This document shows, piece by piece, positions 42,000-64,000 of a DNA stretch of 64,000 nt (position 1 is its first letter; every line of letters starts with the position of its first letter). Under the pieces are notes generated by a model, which was not told the origin of the DNA, did no database searches, and saw only the letters and a program-made list of their open reading frames with translations. This DNA comes from the human T2T-CHM13v2.0 reference genome, Homo sapiens, in NCBI RefSeq assembly GCF_009914755.1, contig NC_060927.1; one strand, 5' to 3'. The translations under genes were made by a program, and so were the position numbers.

Positions 42000-44900
42000 T
42001 CTAATAGTTGTCTTCATTAAAGCCTCATGGGGACTCTATTTTTTTTTTTTTTTTTTTGTGGGTTGTTTATTTTGTGTTTGTGAAGTCCGGTAAATTCAGT
42101 TGCATCTGCCTTGATGTGGTCATACTATAACACATTTTTTCTGGATAAAGATAAGCCCTTTAACCATTAGATTCAATGTTTTCTTCATTTCAGAAAAGTT
42201 TTCTTTTATCTTTGAATTTTTTAACCAGATATTGTGAGCTCTTTCACACTAATTTCTCATTTGTTGGACCTGACTTTAATGTTACATTTCACCTTCTTGT
42301 GTTTTCTATTTCGTTTTGCTCAGGATATATTTAAGCCTGTCATTTATATTCTTATCTGTGTTTTTAGCAGCATTATTCTCTCCACTTCCCACTTTTTTTC
42401 CTGCTTTTATTGATCTTCATTTCTTTCATGGTTGTCTTTACTCATTACATCCTGAATTTTGCCAGATTATTTTTTATCACTTTATTTTGTATTTATTTTC
42501 AATTATGTCTTCTAAATATCATTTCAGAGAGAAAACATTTTAGAGAAGGCATATTTTTAAAAAACATAGAAAATTTGATCCTGTTTTTTACTGCTTCATG
42601 GTATAATTTGTATGTTCTGTACCTTATGTAATTTTCCCTTTTTCTTCTAGTATTTTTATAAAGGTCATCAAGTTTTATTTTTGTAATACAATTATTATAA
42701 ATAATTATATAATATTATTAGTCTTTGAATATTCTAGATACTTGTGAAAGGATATTGTGGAGGAGGAGCTGGGGGTAGTAAGTATGATGGAAGGCAGACG
42801 AGTTTTGGAATCTTGTCTCCAAAACACTCTCATCTGTTAGAATGACTCCTAGGCTATAGGATTGACTATGGCTTAGAGTGGATTCATAGTTGTTAATTTC
42901 GTCATGTGACTTGTGACTTATCCTTTTCTTTTCATAATAGAATGAAAATTGCCATCTGTCTGGCTTCTTCCCCATCTTTTTGCCTTCTTTCATTACACCA
43001 CACACGTGTCCTAATTATTCCAAAGGTGATACATTTGCATGTTTCCCTTTAAACTCCTTTCCCTCTGTCACTCTGTGGAGGGTTCACATGCTGCAATATT
43101 TCTGTTCCAAGTAAAGATCACAGGTTTTGATCCTCAGTCCTCAGTATACACACCTCTTTTAGGGATTTCTGGGCTTCTTGACTAGCTCAAGCTCTTCAGA
43201 GGCATGCACTTTATCTTGGTGTTCAGTCTTGACTGGTTTAAACTTTTGATGTCCAGAAGGTTTTCTTCATGTGTTGTTGTGTGGAATTGTAAATATTTTC
43301 TAGCTTTTGTAAGGTTGTGGCTCATATTTATATTTCTCCTGGTTTGAAAGAAGAGAGAGAAAGAAGTATGTCAAATTGAGACTCTTAGATTGGAAATCTG
43401 AATTTATTTACACGATTGAGATTGATCTAGAGTTTTATTTTTTCTGCTGTAACTGAAATTTGGATTCAAGATTATATGTGTTTTGTGAATATGTTTGGTA
43501 ACATTGTGACTTTTCTATAATTTAGGGAAGTTTGATGTAGGAGAAAGAGAAAAAATTTTTGAGAGAATCCTAAATTCATATATGGCCTAACCTTTTAATA
43601 TCTATGTAATTTTAGATAATAAATAATTTGTTTGAGATTATGTGGCTCTAACAACACCTGCTTCACAGTGTAATTATGAGGATTTCATAGAATTTGTATA
43701 GTGAGCGTTAGTTTTGATGTTACTTTAAACCTCTTTGCCTTATACATTCTATTTTTTCCATGGAACATTATATGATTTCATGTCCACATATTAATCTCAT
43801 ACTTTCAATTACATTTTATGTTTAAATTGAATATTATGGTAATCGTTATGCAAATGATTAAAAATTTAAAGGGACAACATTTAATGTTGCTCTGGAATTC
43901 ACCTTTAGTCATAAAATAAAGATTTAAAGTATCATCTGTAGACAATGGCAAAAGCCCTTTTTTGTCATAAGAAAATCAAATATGCTTTATTTCACCCAAT
44001 TAACATGGCTATCCCGGGAAAACCAAAATGACCATAGGCGGTAATTCCCCAGGCCGTGTGATCTCAGTCTGGCATTCTCGGATCTCCAAGGCATCACTTT
44101 GGCCACTACCCTCTGGGGCTGTGATTAGCAGCTCTCTTCCTGTTTTATGCAGCTCTGTGTGTATGTCTGCAGTGATGCCGTACTGGATCTGGTTCATCTT
44201 GTGAGAACTATACCTATCTGAATTTTTGATGATGCTCTTTTCTTAGTTCCCTTGGCAAAACAGGTAGGTGAGGGATAGAAATAAAATCTATACTTAGTAA
44301 ATCGGTGAGCCAAGGTCTGTGACTGGCAATGAGTGAATTACATTCTCCTCAGTTGGGTGCAATGTCTGCCTTCTGTGTGGCCATTTGCTGTTGCCACTAG
44401 AGAAGGAGGATGCAGCAGGGATCAGGCACCGTGGAGAAAAGTCGCCGTGTGTAGGCAGCTAAGAATGTAGGAAAATGAACATCTCGGCTCCCAAAGGACG
44501 AGAATAAAGCTGTAGAAGAATGTCAGGGAGGAATCTGAGTTGATCGTATGACTATTCATCCTTCTTCCCACATTTTCCCGACTGTTTAGCCCTACTTTTC
44601 TTCGCGTTGGGTCTCATTTTCCTTCCTGTGTGGCCTGTGCCTTATGGTCAGCGCGGACGTCCATCAGTCTATCAAATGCCTAGAAACCTTTCGCCCTTTG
44701 TCACCTTCTGTGTCACCCAGCATTCCCCTTCTCAGCCCTTTTCATTCTCATGGTGGAATCCTTTTGGTTTGATTTCAAGGGTCCAGCACTGTTGATGTCA
44801 CAACAGAGTGGCATGGAAAGTTTCTGAAAATTTTGTCATCTAACCTCTCGTGGGGACTTTTAATTAATTCAGCTTTTGACAACTCCATCACATTCATTAT

Positions 44901-45657
44901 ATTATCCATTCATTCATTCATTAATACATTTGACATTTATAATGTGTGCCAACAATGTGCCAGGTCAAAACTGCCCACTTACAATGTAGAACATTTCTGT
45001 AAATTTTATTTCAATTTTCTTGTATTTCTTCTCCTTTATTCTACCATCCCACTTGATCTTCTGCCACAGAAGTTCTCTTCTCTCTCTCTTTGTTCTCTCT
45101 TCTCCTCCTTTATTCTTGATACCTGCTTCTGTGTTGGCTCCTTGAGGCCAGCACTTGTCCTCCTACCTCTGTGATGTTCTGTCTAGTTTATTGATTCCTT
45201 TTCCTACTTTACATAATCAATGTGGATAGTTTCTATAGTTGGGTCTTTGCTTTTTAATCTTTTTTTCCTGTGTATTATTTCCTTCAGGGACCTTATGCAC
45301 TCTTACACATCCGTCTATTATTTTTATATGGATTACTATACAATTACATGTTGAATTTGTACTTTTCCCCCATATATCCTGTCATATGTTTTCACCTGAG
45401 CATCTCAATATCTAATACTCTTATTTGCTTAAAATACACGTGATTATTTTCTCCACCCTGACATATTTTATGTTCAACTTTCTAATTTCTAAAAATGGAC
45501 CTACCATTGTCCTATTTATTCTTGCTTAAATCTTGATATTTTCTTTGAGTTCATGCTCCTTCGTATTCACTCCAGCTGTGATAAGTCACCAATCCTTTGG
45601 GTTTTTACTTACCAGTATTTCTATTTCTGTTTCTATAGCCTTAAAGCTGGAACTGTG

Positions 45658-46030
<373 letters not shown>

Positions 46031-46484
46031 TTAAGGGAACTCCTTCCCTCCGTTTTTCTTTTCCTCCATTTGATACATCACACTTATAGATAGGGCATCT
46101 TCCCTAATTACTGGCTTCATCCTCAATTCCCGGGACCCATACCTTCACTGGCTTCCTAAATTTATTTAATAATTCTCATATACCTTTGAGAAGTTTCTAA
46201 TGATAGGCAACAAATGAATATTGACTACCTTTCTTATTTTCCTTTATTCACCAAAATGATTTTTAGGATGTAGACAATCTGTATGCTTCAACATACACCA
46301 AACTTACCATTTTTGAAATATTTTACAATCTACTTGAAAAGACTTCTTTAGACCCTATATTCATGTATTGTAATATTTATCCTCTTTTATGGCTATACTC
46401 AAATGCCACATCACTATAGTGCCTTCCCTCATCACTGTAGCTATCTCTTTTCACTCTACTTATATTGTAGAGGATTTGTTACAC

Positions 46485-46569
46485 TTCTTGAACTGCTGAT
46501 CTCAAGCGATTTGCTTGCTTTGGCCTCCCAAAGTGCTGGGCTGACAGGCGTGAGCCACTGCACCTGGCC
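46485..46569 (-). mobile_element. Alu 5' fragment
   Basis: ttggcctcccaaagtgctggg...gtgagccactgcacctggcc. Confidence 0.85.
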
Positions 46570-47584
46570 TGATTTGTTCCACTTCTACTATATGCATCAC
46601 ACATGCCTGATGCATATTTTAATGCACGTTGGATAAGGATCGGCTTTGTACGACTTCAGTCTTTCTTGATGTGTGACACCCACTTCTATTTTGGCTCCAC
46701 TTTAACAAAATGAATAAGTGAGAAGGTAATACTGGAAACAGAACATAACTGTGACTAGGAATTTGGTCTTGACTCGCCATTTAATTTTCTGATGTGCATG
46801 ACTGTTTTCTTCACATGTGAAATTTAACATGAGGTTGAAACTGGAGAATTTTATATTTTTCATGAAAAAGGCAATTTGGGAGAAAAGTCCATTTTCCTGA
46901 GGATAAGGTATTGTATGGTTTGACTGCTTTGCCTTGGCTGGTCAACACATTTGTACACCTGGATAGGCACAGTTTTCAGAAATCCTTTCAAGCATCTACC
47001 AATTCTCCTGTCTACAAGTTTACCTTCCTCCCATTTCTCATTCCTAATGACAAGGGAAATATCCAGTGTTATCTGAAGTGGTCATAAAAGACATTTTTTT
47101 TCTTTTTATGTGAGGAATTGAAACTTATGGCTTTAGATTATGGGGCTTACCATCAAGGAAAGGGTGTAGCGTGGTCAGAGGACAAAACTTCTTCCTGCAT
47201 TTCTCAGGAAGTCTTTGATTAGTGTGTCCACCTAGGAGCAATTTTTTTTGGGGGGGGCACTGGGAAATATACTTAAGTGATTAAATCCAAGTGTAGACAT
47301 GAGAGCTTTACCTAAAGCCAGGTCTAATTACCATACCTGAGAATCAGGGAGTATTTAAAATTTGAGAAATAATTTTCTATACTTGAAAGTCACTTATGTA
47401 GGTAGGCCTCAGATTATAATAAATAACGTTTATTGTGCTATACTGTGTGGTAGGTATGAGGTTAAGTATTTTTACCTATATTATATCACTTATTTCTTAC
47501 AAATGGAGCAAGGGAGCAAGCAAGCAAGGGAGGTATTATTATCCCTATTTTATGTATTTATGTATTTATTTTTGATTTCTATTC

Positions 47585-47925
47585 TTTTGGTTTTTTTGTT
47601 GTTTTTTATTGATGTATCATAGTTGTACATGTTTTGGGGTACATGTGATATTTTTGATACATGTATACAATGTGTAATGATCAAATCAGAGTAATTTGGA
47701 TATTCATCACCTCGAATATTTATCTTTTCTTTGTGTTGGGAACATTATAATTTTTCTCTGCTAGCTATTTTAGAATATATAATAAATTATTGTTCCCTAT
47801 GATTTCTCCATTGTATAATTGAATACTAAAATTTATTATGTCTATCTACATATCCCCAGTTCAATAACTATAATTTCTCTGCTGTGCAATCAAATACTAG
47901 AACTTCTTCCTTCGAACGCTATATC
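47585..47925 (-). mobile_element. L1MA 3' end fragment within a MIR
   Basis: atagttgtacatgttttggggtacatgtgata...tgtaatgatcaaatcag. MIR-like sequence flanks both sides. Confidence 0.7.
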
Positions 47926-48013
47926 CCTAATTCAATAACAAGTAAACTGAAGCTCAGCATGGTCTAGGAACTTTGTTACATTAACACAGCAAGTGAGTGT
48001 TGCAGCCTGGATC

Positions 48014-48179
48014 CAAAAATCAGGCCTGGTCGACCTCAAAGTCCAGATTATTGACCTTTCTACCATAATGTATGGAGGTAAGTTTGTGAATTTATTCAAA
48101 AATCAGGCCTGGTCAACCTCAAAGTCCAAATTATTAACCTTTCTACCATAATGTATGGAGCTAAGTTTGTGAATTTTCA
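48014..48179 (+). repeat. 83-bp tandem duplication
   Basis: caaaaatcaggcctggtc(g/a)acctcaaagtcca...gtttgtgaattt begins at both 48014 and 48097. Confidence 0.92.
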
Positions 48180-48604
48180 TAGTTTTAGGATTTGAAGATA
48201 AAAGAGGTGAAAATTTGGAAATGGTTTCTGGACTTTTGAATTTTGGCAAACAGCTATGTGATAAGTCCACCCTGCAGACCCACAACTTTTGGAAATAACT
48301 CTACTGTGATCTTCAGTAGCAGAAGCTGCTCCTGGGGTGGTAGAACACAAGGAAAACACACACTAGTAAAAATTTCATGTGCCTTCTTTGTTCTGTACAT
48401 GTGTTTCTCTTGATTAGTATATGGTAGTATCCTCAAATCATAGTAACAAGTATACTTTTTCCAGTGAATTGCATGTGTATATTATTGTATAGTATAAAAG
48501 GCAATATTTCCATTTATTATCATCTGTGCTTTTCAAAGAAACTCTGTGAGTCCAACAGGGCGATAATAGAAGCAACTGCCCTTTCTCTCCCCCGTTAAAT
48601 GCAA

Positions 48605-48712
48605 CCCAATGTCAAAGTCCGTAGCATCCCCAGATGAGTGTATTAAAGGTGAGAAATTCCCAAAGTCAAACTCAGTAGCATCCTTGAATGAGTGTATTAA
48701 AGGTGATAAATT
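48605..48712 (+). repeat. 54-bp tandem duplication
   Basis: cccaa(t/a)gtcaaa...gtagcatcc...atgagtgtattaaaggtga(g/t)aaatt begins at both 48605 and 48659. Confidence 0.9.
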
Positions 48713-51700
48713 TATTTTATGTATGTTCTTTTTAACCTGTGTTCTCAGAAACAGAGACTACTGTATTTCATCCTACCTTAGTCTTGCTTAGCAGTTTCTC
48801 TTCTCCTTTGAGGCTCTTTTATTTTTAAATCATTGTTCATATCTTCTAATCTCCCCTTTCTCCCATTCTTCCCATATTTTTAATCTTTTTTTAACTTTAT
48901 CTCTGTTCTACTTTTTCTGTATTTCAAATTGATCCATAGACTTTAGAAAAATGAGTTGAATGCTGGCTGTAGGCTGTCTTATCCCCAGCAAGAAACATGT
49001 TGTAAAGTCTTAGTACCTTCCCACTGGAAGATCATTAGTCATGGCTACTATGTTTTTAAATGAGAATTGTTTTAATTATGCATTTTAAAATTATTGGAAA
49101 ACATGAGGGAGAGGAATGAACCATAAGTAATAAAGATTATTGACTTGAAGTTAAGACCTTACTATGATCTGGGATTATTAGTCTTACTTGTCAATCAAGA
49201 ACTATCCACTTTCTATTCGTTTGTGGGTATCTAATATGGTTATATACACAGAAGTAATGATAATTGATATGAAAAGGTCTCCTCCTGTTATATCAATTTA
49301 GGAATTTTTCACACATTGTATACCTCATTCTTCTCCTATTCAATTTTCACTAATTCCTAAAGGGTCAGGTCAATGTCCTTGGCATAACCTCCTCCACCTG
49401 TTCTTAATGGCAATCGTCTCTTCTGCCCTCCAATATCTATAACACTTTTTTCTTTAAAACTCTTTGAATGTTTATCTTAATACTCATTTGATATATATTG
49501 TATACCACATATGATTGTTTGTTATATGTACAATACATGTTTTTTCAACTTTTTTTGGTTCTTTCTATTTACAGGAATTAGAGAAAGAACAAATCAGTGT
49601 GAAGGAGAATTGTCAGTAAAATTACAAGAAAAGATTGAGATCATAATTGACCTTTGAGGATAATAAAATTTAAAGACCAAAAGGATGGACTTCACAGAAA
49701 CATGACCTTAGGTTGTTTTTGCAGTTGTAGTAACTGGTTATATGACCAACAAAATATGAAGAATGGGTACAAATTCTGATAGTAATGATCAGTCACTTTG
49801 CAAATATAAAGTTACTATTTACTACTGTATTGTACAGGTTCAATAATCTTTGTGTACACATTTTATGTATTTATTGTCAGGCTGCTATATAATTCAGTAT
49901 TTATAATAGATACTATGTATAGCAATCTATGGTTAGTTTTGGTCTTAACCAGGAAAAATCACTCTTTTGAGTTTTGCTGTTTTTACTAGATTATTTTTAC
50001 TGGATGATTGCTCATATTATTTGATTATTATTGCAATTTGTCTTTCTGGAATAGGAAGCAAGAGGCCTGAATTCTGGTTCCTATTCTATCAATTGTGTGA
50101 ATTCTGGAAACTCAGTTTACTTTTCTGGGCCTCATGGTTTTCATCTGAATGATGACCAACTTGGATAAAATGGTCTTTATATAATTTCGTAGGCATTTCC
50201 CTTCCCAAGGGCTTGAGTCTTTTTCAACAATTATAGAGTTTTCCGGTCCCTCTTCCCAGTGCCTCAGCACCTTGCTATTCATGTTCATCTGATCAGTTGT
50301 TTGCATGCTGACTTACATTACCCTGATGGGCAGTACCTGTGGCTGTTTCTGCTCCCTCACCCAGTCCATAGGCTTCTGGTTGTAAAAGTGTGCATCTTGA
50401 GACTGTGGACAGTTAGCTCCAGAGGTGACAGTATAATCACTTCACGTAGAAGAGGATAGAGAGAGACTCATGCCAGTGGTGGTGAGCAAGTATTAGAGAT
50501 ATGATGTGTGCCTCTGTGAGTTTTGGGGTCTAAGATAAATTATGGCACTAGGAAGATGGTCCTTTGTGTCAGAAGAACTGGAGTTGTTGGTGCAAAAAAG
50601 TATGATGTCAGCATAGCAGTTTTATTTGTACCTCAGCAACTTCTAAAATAATCTCTATTAAGTGTTTTCAGGAACTACTTTCTACTATAGGAAAATGATT
50701 GAGGTGAGTATCCATCTGGACACAGAGAAATATAACACTGTTTTCTGCTCACCCTCCACTTCACATATAAATACAACATGTGTTAAAGGACTAAATTTCT
50801 AGTGTCACAGTTTGTACTTTATAGTTTGAAGTCAATAAGAAAGCTCATATACCTTCCTAAAAGTCACTTGTTAATGTTTGATATTAATCTAATTTTATCA
50901 TAAATTAAAAGTATAAAACTACAAATTTCTTAAAGATAAAATATCCAAATGGATTCAGTCAAATTAAGCATGATAATATCAAATATCAGAATAGGTTACC
51001 ATGCAGGAGGTACTGAGTACTTAAAAGGGTGGGGAATGCAATGAACATAAAAGCTGGTACCAAGGGGAGGAGGAGACAGTGATGAATTAAAACATTATCT
51101 TAACTAATCCAAGTGCTGGTCTTCAATACTTTCATGTGTATAGACAAAGAGAAACTGCAGAGATTTCTCACAACCTCTGTGGCCATTTTATGCATCTTAG
51201 CAAAAACTCTGGTGAAATCCCTCCAAAACATATTTATTAGGCATGGAAAAAGCCTTACATGACAGGTGGCATAGGCTCCTTATGAAATCACTGCAGGATG
51301 GGAAGCCATTTAGGGCTTCGTAATTGTGAAAGATTGTATAGAAACTGAGGCACTTAAATAGCAGTGAGCAGGAGAAAATGTGGTAGATAATGGTGGTGAT
51401 TCTATTTCTTGTGAAAGTCCACTTACTCTGTTCTGCTACAGTTGTGGGCTTTCCGATTTCACATACCCCAGTCTCTATATTCTGTCTCAATCCACAGCCT
51501 ACCTCAACTAAGTCCGTCCCAGGCACCTCTTACTGCAGGTGATAATCCATCTGTTAATCATGTTTTCCTCTTATGTCTACTTTCTGTCAGAGAATTGTGG
51601 CTGCAAACTGGGAAGGGAAGGAAATTATAAGAATATGTATAAGTACAAATGGAATATGTTGGAAATGAGGAATAGTTAATATCGCAGGTCATTTAAACAC

Positions 51701-51994
51701 CTGATGAATTTCATGGATAGTCAGGAATCTTGTTCTTACCTAATCTGTTAATTTTAGATCAGACATTACACTGAAAGTATTGATGATGGGTTTAAATCAG
51801 GTTGCAGCTCACATGTTGTGATAATATTATGTTGATTTTTTGTTTTTAATATGTGAGGAACAGAATAACTGTATACTATTTATTCATAGTGACATTGCAA
51901 TATTGATTTTAGTACATATTATCTTCATAATCACAATTTCCTCCCCATTTTCTTAGTTCTCATAATTTTAGCCACAGCCCAGTTGGCTGGACCA

Positions 51995-52932
51995 ATGGAT
52001 GGAGAGAATCACTCAGTGGTATCTGAGTTTTTGTTTCTGGGACTCACTCATTCATGGGAGATCCAGCTCCTCCTCCTAGTGTTTTCCTCTGTGCTCTATG
52101 TGGCAAGCATTACTGGAAACATCCTCATTGTGTTTTCTGTGACCACTGACCCTCACTTACACTCCCCCATGTACTTTCTACTGGTCAGTCTCTCCTTCAT
52201 TGACTTAGGAGCCTGCTCTGTCACTTCTCCCAAGATGATTTATGACCTGTTCAGAAAGCGCAAAGTCATCTCCTTTGGAGGCTGCATCGCTCAAATCTTC
52301 TTCATCCACGTCATTGGTGGTGTGGAGATGGTGCTGCTCATAGCCATGGCCTTTGACAGTTATGTGGCCCTATTAAGCCCCTCCACTATCTGACCATTAT
52401 GAGCCCAAGAATGTGCCTTTCATTTCTGGCTGTTGCCTGGACCCTTGTTGTCAGTCACTCCCTGTTCCAACTGGCATTTCTTGTTAATTTACCCTTCTGT
52501 GGCCCTAATGTGTTGGACAGCTTCTACTGTGACCTTCCTCAGCTTCTCAGACTAGCCTGTACCGACACCTACAGATTGCAGTTCATGGTCACTGTTAACA
52601 GTGGGTTTATCTGTGTGGGTACTTTCTTCATACTTCTAATCTCCTACGTCTTCATCCTGTTTACTGTTTGGAAACATTCCTCAGGTGGTTCATCCAAGGC
52701 CCTTTCCACTCTTTCAGCTCACAGCACAGCGGTCCTTTTGTTCTTTGGTCCACCCATGTTTGTGTATACATGGCCACACCCTAATTCACAGATGGACAAG
52801 TTTCTGGCTATTTTTGATGCAGTTCTCACTCCTTTTCTGAATCCAGTTGTCTATACATTCAGGAATAAGGAGATGAAGGCAGCAATAAAGAGAGTATGCA
52901 AACAGCTAGTGATTTACAAGAAGATCTCATAA
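51995..52932 (+). pseudogene. OR4F: Olfactory receptor family 4F pseudogene (OR4F3/16/21/29-like), 1-bp frameshift
   Basis: [63 protein letters not shown]. The ATG-to-TAA span is 938 nt, not a multiple of 3. The G of TGT (Cys in ALCKPLHY) is missing between 52373 and 52374. DRY is changed to DSY at 52358-52360. Confidence 0.95.
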
Positions 52933-53129
52933 ATGATACAATAAGCCCTTCTCGTTAAACATGATATGGCTTTATGTTTCTTTCTTTGATATTTTAGATT
53001 CAGGAACTATGAGACATTATGTATTGATTTGAATGTTATTAGACCTGTAACATAATTCTTATCTGATGAATATATGATGAATATATTCCTTGTTCAAAAT
53101 GAGTCATAAATTCAACACATCTCTACATC

Positions 53130-53790
53130 TATATTATGCCCATTTAATTTCTTTCAGCAATGTTTTGTAGTTTTTGGTGAACAGGTACTTTATGCATATG
53201 TACTTTATATTTATCTCTAAGTTTTATATTTCTGATGCCCTTTTAAGTGACATTTTTATTTCAATTTACAATTGTTTATTCTTAGCTTATGGGCACATAA
53301 TAGATCTTTGTTTGACATTATATCCTGTAAACTTGCAAAACTTATTAGTTCCATCAGTTTTTTATAGGTTATGTAGGATTTTCTTTATAGATGATTATGT
53401 TGTCAGTGAATAAAGACATTTGCTTTTAAAATTCTAGTATGAATTCACTATATTCATTTTGTTGAATGCTGAGTAGAATTAGTTAGAGCAGACATCTTTG
53501 ACTTGTTCCTGTTATGAAATATATTAAATATTTCATCATTAAGTATAATGTTAGCTATAATTTTTTTCATAGGTACTCTTTAACAGGCTGAGAAAGTTTT
53601 CTGTATTCACAGTTTGCTGAAAATTTCTTTTATCTTTAGTCAGGAATGGATCTTGGATTTTGTAAAGCTTTTTCATTTCAGAATCAGGGTAATGCTGGCC
53701 CTTTAGAATGAGTTGGGAAGCATCTGCTCTTCTTAAATTTTCTGCCATAATTTTGTAGAATTCATATAATTTTTTTCTTTAAAAAGGGAA
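53130..53790 (-). mobile_element. Old L1M ORF2 fragments
   Basis: Antisense L1 sequence; translated piece ILKGQHYPDS resembles frameshifted L1 ORF2. Confidence 0.6.
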
Positions 53791-54054
53791 GTACTTAAGT
53801 ATTTTTTCCCATAAGTTACCCATAAGTAAATCTAAAGGAAAGTGGGAAACTTTGATACGCATTGGTTGCCCCCTGGTGGAGATTTCTGGGTTCTTGATTA
53901 TTTTAACACTGGAGATAGAATCTGGTGGAATGATGTCAATGCTACCGTGATTAAGAGGTGTGTAGGAAATGCTTCATGTAAGAGAGAAAATAGTCTTTAT
54001 GAGAATCTGCCTGGTGGAAAGGAGTTGGTGCAACAATAACAATATAAATTAGTG

Positions 54055-55560
54055 AAAAATTTTAAATTGACAAATAATAATTGTATCTATGGGGTACAAT
54101 GTAATGTTTTGATACATGTTTAAATTGTGGAAAGATTAGGTCTATCTTATTGACATACATATCTTTTTTGTGGTGAAAACATTTAAAATCTACTCTGTTA
54201 GTCATTTTGAAACATACAATACCTTGTTATTTATTACAGTCACCATTCTGTGCAATAGTTCACTGAAACTTTGTCTAACTGAAACTTTGAACCCTTTTAT
54301 CAACATCTACCTTTTCCATGTCTACCCCCAACTCCTAGCCTCTGATAATCACCATTCCATTCTCTACTTCTATGAATTCAACTTTTTCAGATTCCACATA
54401 TCAGTGAGATCATGTGATATTTGTCTTTTCGTGCCTGGCTTATTTCACTTAGCGTGATATCTTCTGGGTTAATTCATGTTGTCACATATATCAGGTTTTC
54501 CTTCCTATTAAGGCTGAGTAGTATTCCATTGTATATATACACTACATTTTCTTCATCCATTTGTCAGTTGATAGACACCTGTGTTGATTTCATATTTGGG
54601 TATTGTGAATAATGCTGCAATGAACATGAGCCTGGAGATATCTCTTCAGCATATTGACTTAAATTCCTTTGGATATATACAAGGAAGTGGGATTGCTGGA
54701 TCATATAGTAATTCTAGTTTTAGTTTTTTGAGTAACTTTTATCTATTTTTCATAATAGTATTAATTTACATTTCCACCAACAGTGTACGAGGGTTCCCTT
54801 TTCTCTGTATCCTCTTCAACACTTGTTATCTTTTATCATTTTGATAGTAGCCATTCTAACAGGTATGAAGTGGCATCTCACTGTCATTTTAATTTGCATT
54901 TCCCTGATAATTAGGATGACAAACTTTTTTTATGTTAGTCATTTGTATTTTTTTTGAGAAATGTCTATTTAGGACCTTGCCCATTTTTTGACTTGGTTAT
55001 TTGTTTTCTTGATATTGAGTTGAGTCCCTTATATATTTGGAGATTAGCCTTTCATCAGATGTATGCTCTGCAAATATTTTCTCACAACTTGTAGGTTGTC
55101 TCTTCACCATATTGTTTCCTTTGCTGTGCAGAAGCTTTTTAGTTTGATGCAATCCCATATATTTTTGCTTTTGTTGCCTGTGCTTTGGGGGTTATATCCA
55201 AGAAATCTTTGACCAAACCAACATTGTGGAACTTTTCCCCTATGTTTTCATCTAGTAGTTTTACAGTTTTATGTTTAAACCTTTAATCCATTTTGAATTG
55301 ATTTTTGTGTATGGTGTGAGATAAGGATACACACCATACACATTCGTGTTCTTCTGCATGTGGATATCTAGTTTTCTTAACACCATTTATTGAAACAAAT
55401 GTCTATTCTTCATTACGTTTTCTGGGCACCTTTGTCAAAAATTTATTGGTCATAAATGCATGAGTTTATTTCTGGGCTCCTTATTCTGTTCCCCTGGTCA
55501 ATGTGTCTGTTTTTGTGCAAGTGTCATGTTGTTTTGATTACTATGGTTTTGTGATACGTA
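54055..55560 (-). mobile_element. L1MA 3' portion (resumes at 63904)
   Basis: aaattgacaaataataattgtat...ggggtacaatg 3' end, then antisense ORF2 to gttttgattactatggttttgtgatacg. Confidence 0.85.
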
Positions 55561-55564
55561 TTTG

Positions 55565-63903
<8,339 letters not shown>

Positions 63904-64000
63904 TGTAATATGTTTTGAAGTCAGATTGTGAGGCCTTCAGCTTTGTTCTTATTGCTCAAGAGTCCTTTAGTTATTCAGGATCCTTTGTGGTTCCATATAA
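63904..64000 (-). mobile_element. Continuation of the L1MA broken at 55560
   Basis: tgtaatatgttttgaagtcag...cagctttgttctt...tgtggttccatataa is the L1 sequence expected directly after gattactatggtttt. Confidence 0.85.

Noticed and set aside
51983-52932. Intact olfactory receptor, or two separate genes
   Set aside because: The two ORFs are halves of one OR split by a 1-bp deletion.

Overview
This is human or great-ape genomic DNA, not prokaryotic. It looks like a subtelomeric segmental-duplication mosaic of the kind shared among several human chromosome ends; I cannot tell which copy it is. I found no intact conventional protein-coding gene. In order it contains: (1) a duplicated MER1A/MER21/Alu block; (2) a GC-rich degenerate ~32-bp repeat enclosing a ~2-kb 48/49-bp VNTR that is flanked by inverted repeats; (3) a scrambled capicua (CIC) processed pseudogene; (4) the terminal coding exon of SEPTIN14; (5) AT-rich DNA with Alu, L1, L2 and MaLR elements, including a complete THE1C and a perfect 100-bp palindrome; (6) a frameshifted OR4F-family olfactory receptor; (7) a nested L1MA > WBP1L retrocopy > full-length L1PA7-like insertion. 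The best candidate for something new is a possible chimeric + strand gene. An inverted piece of the CIC retrocopy supplies an ATG and a phase-0 splice donor that would join the SEPTIN14 coiled-coil exon in frame, and optionally a further novel exon. Gene and repeat family calls rest on my recollection of consensus and protein sequences, not on database searches. Repeat boundaries are approximate unless a TSD is given.
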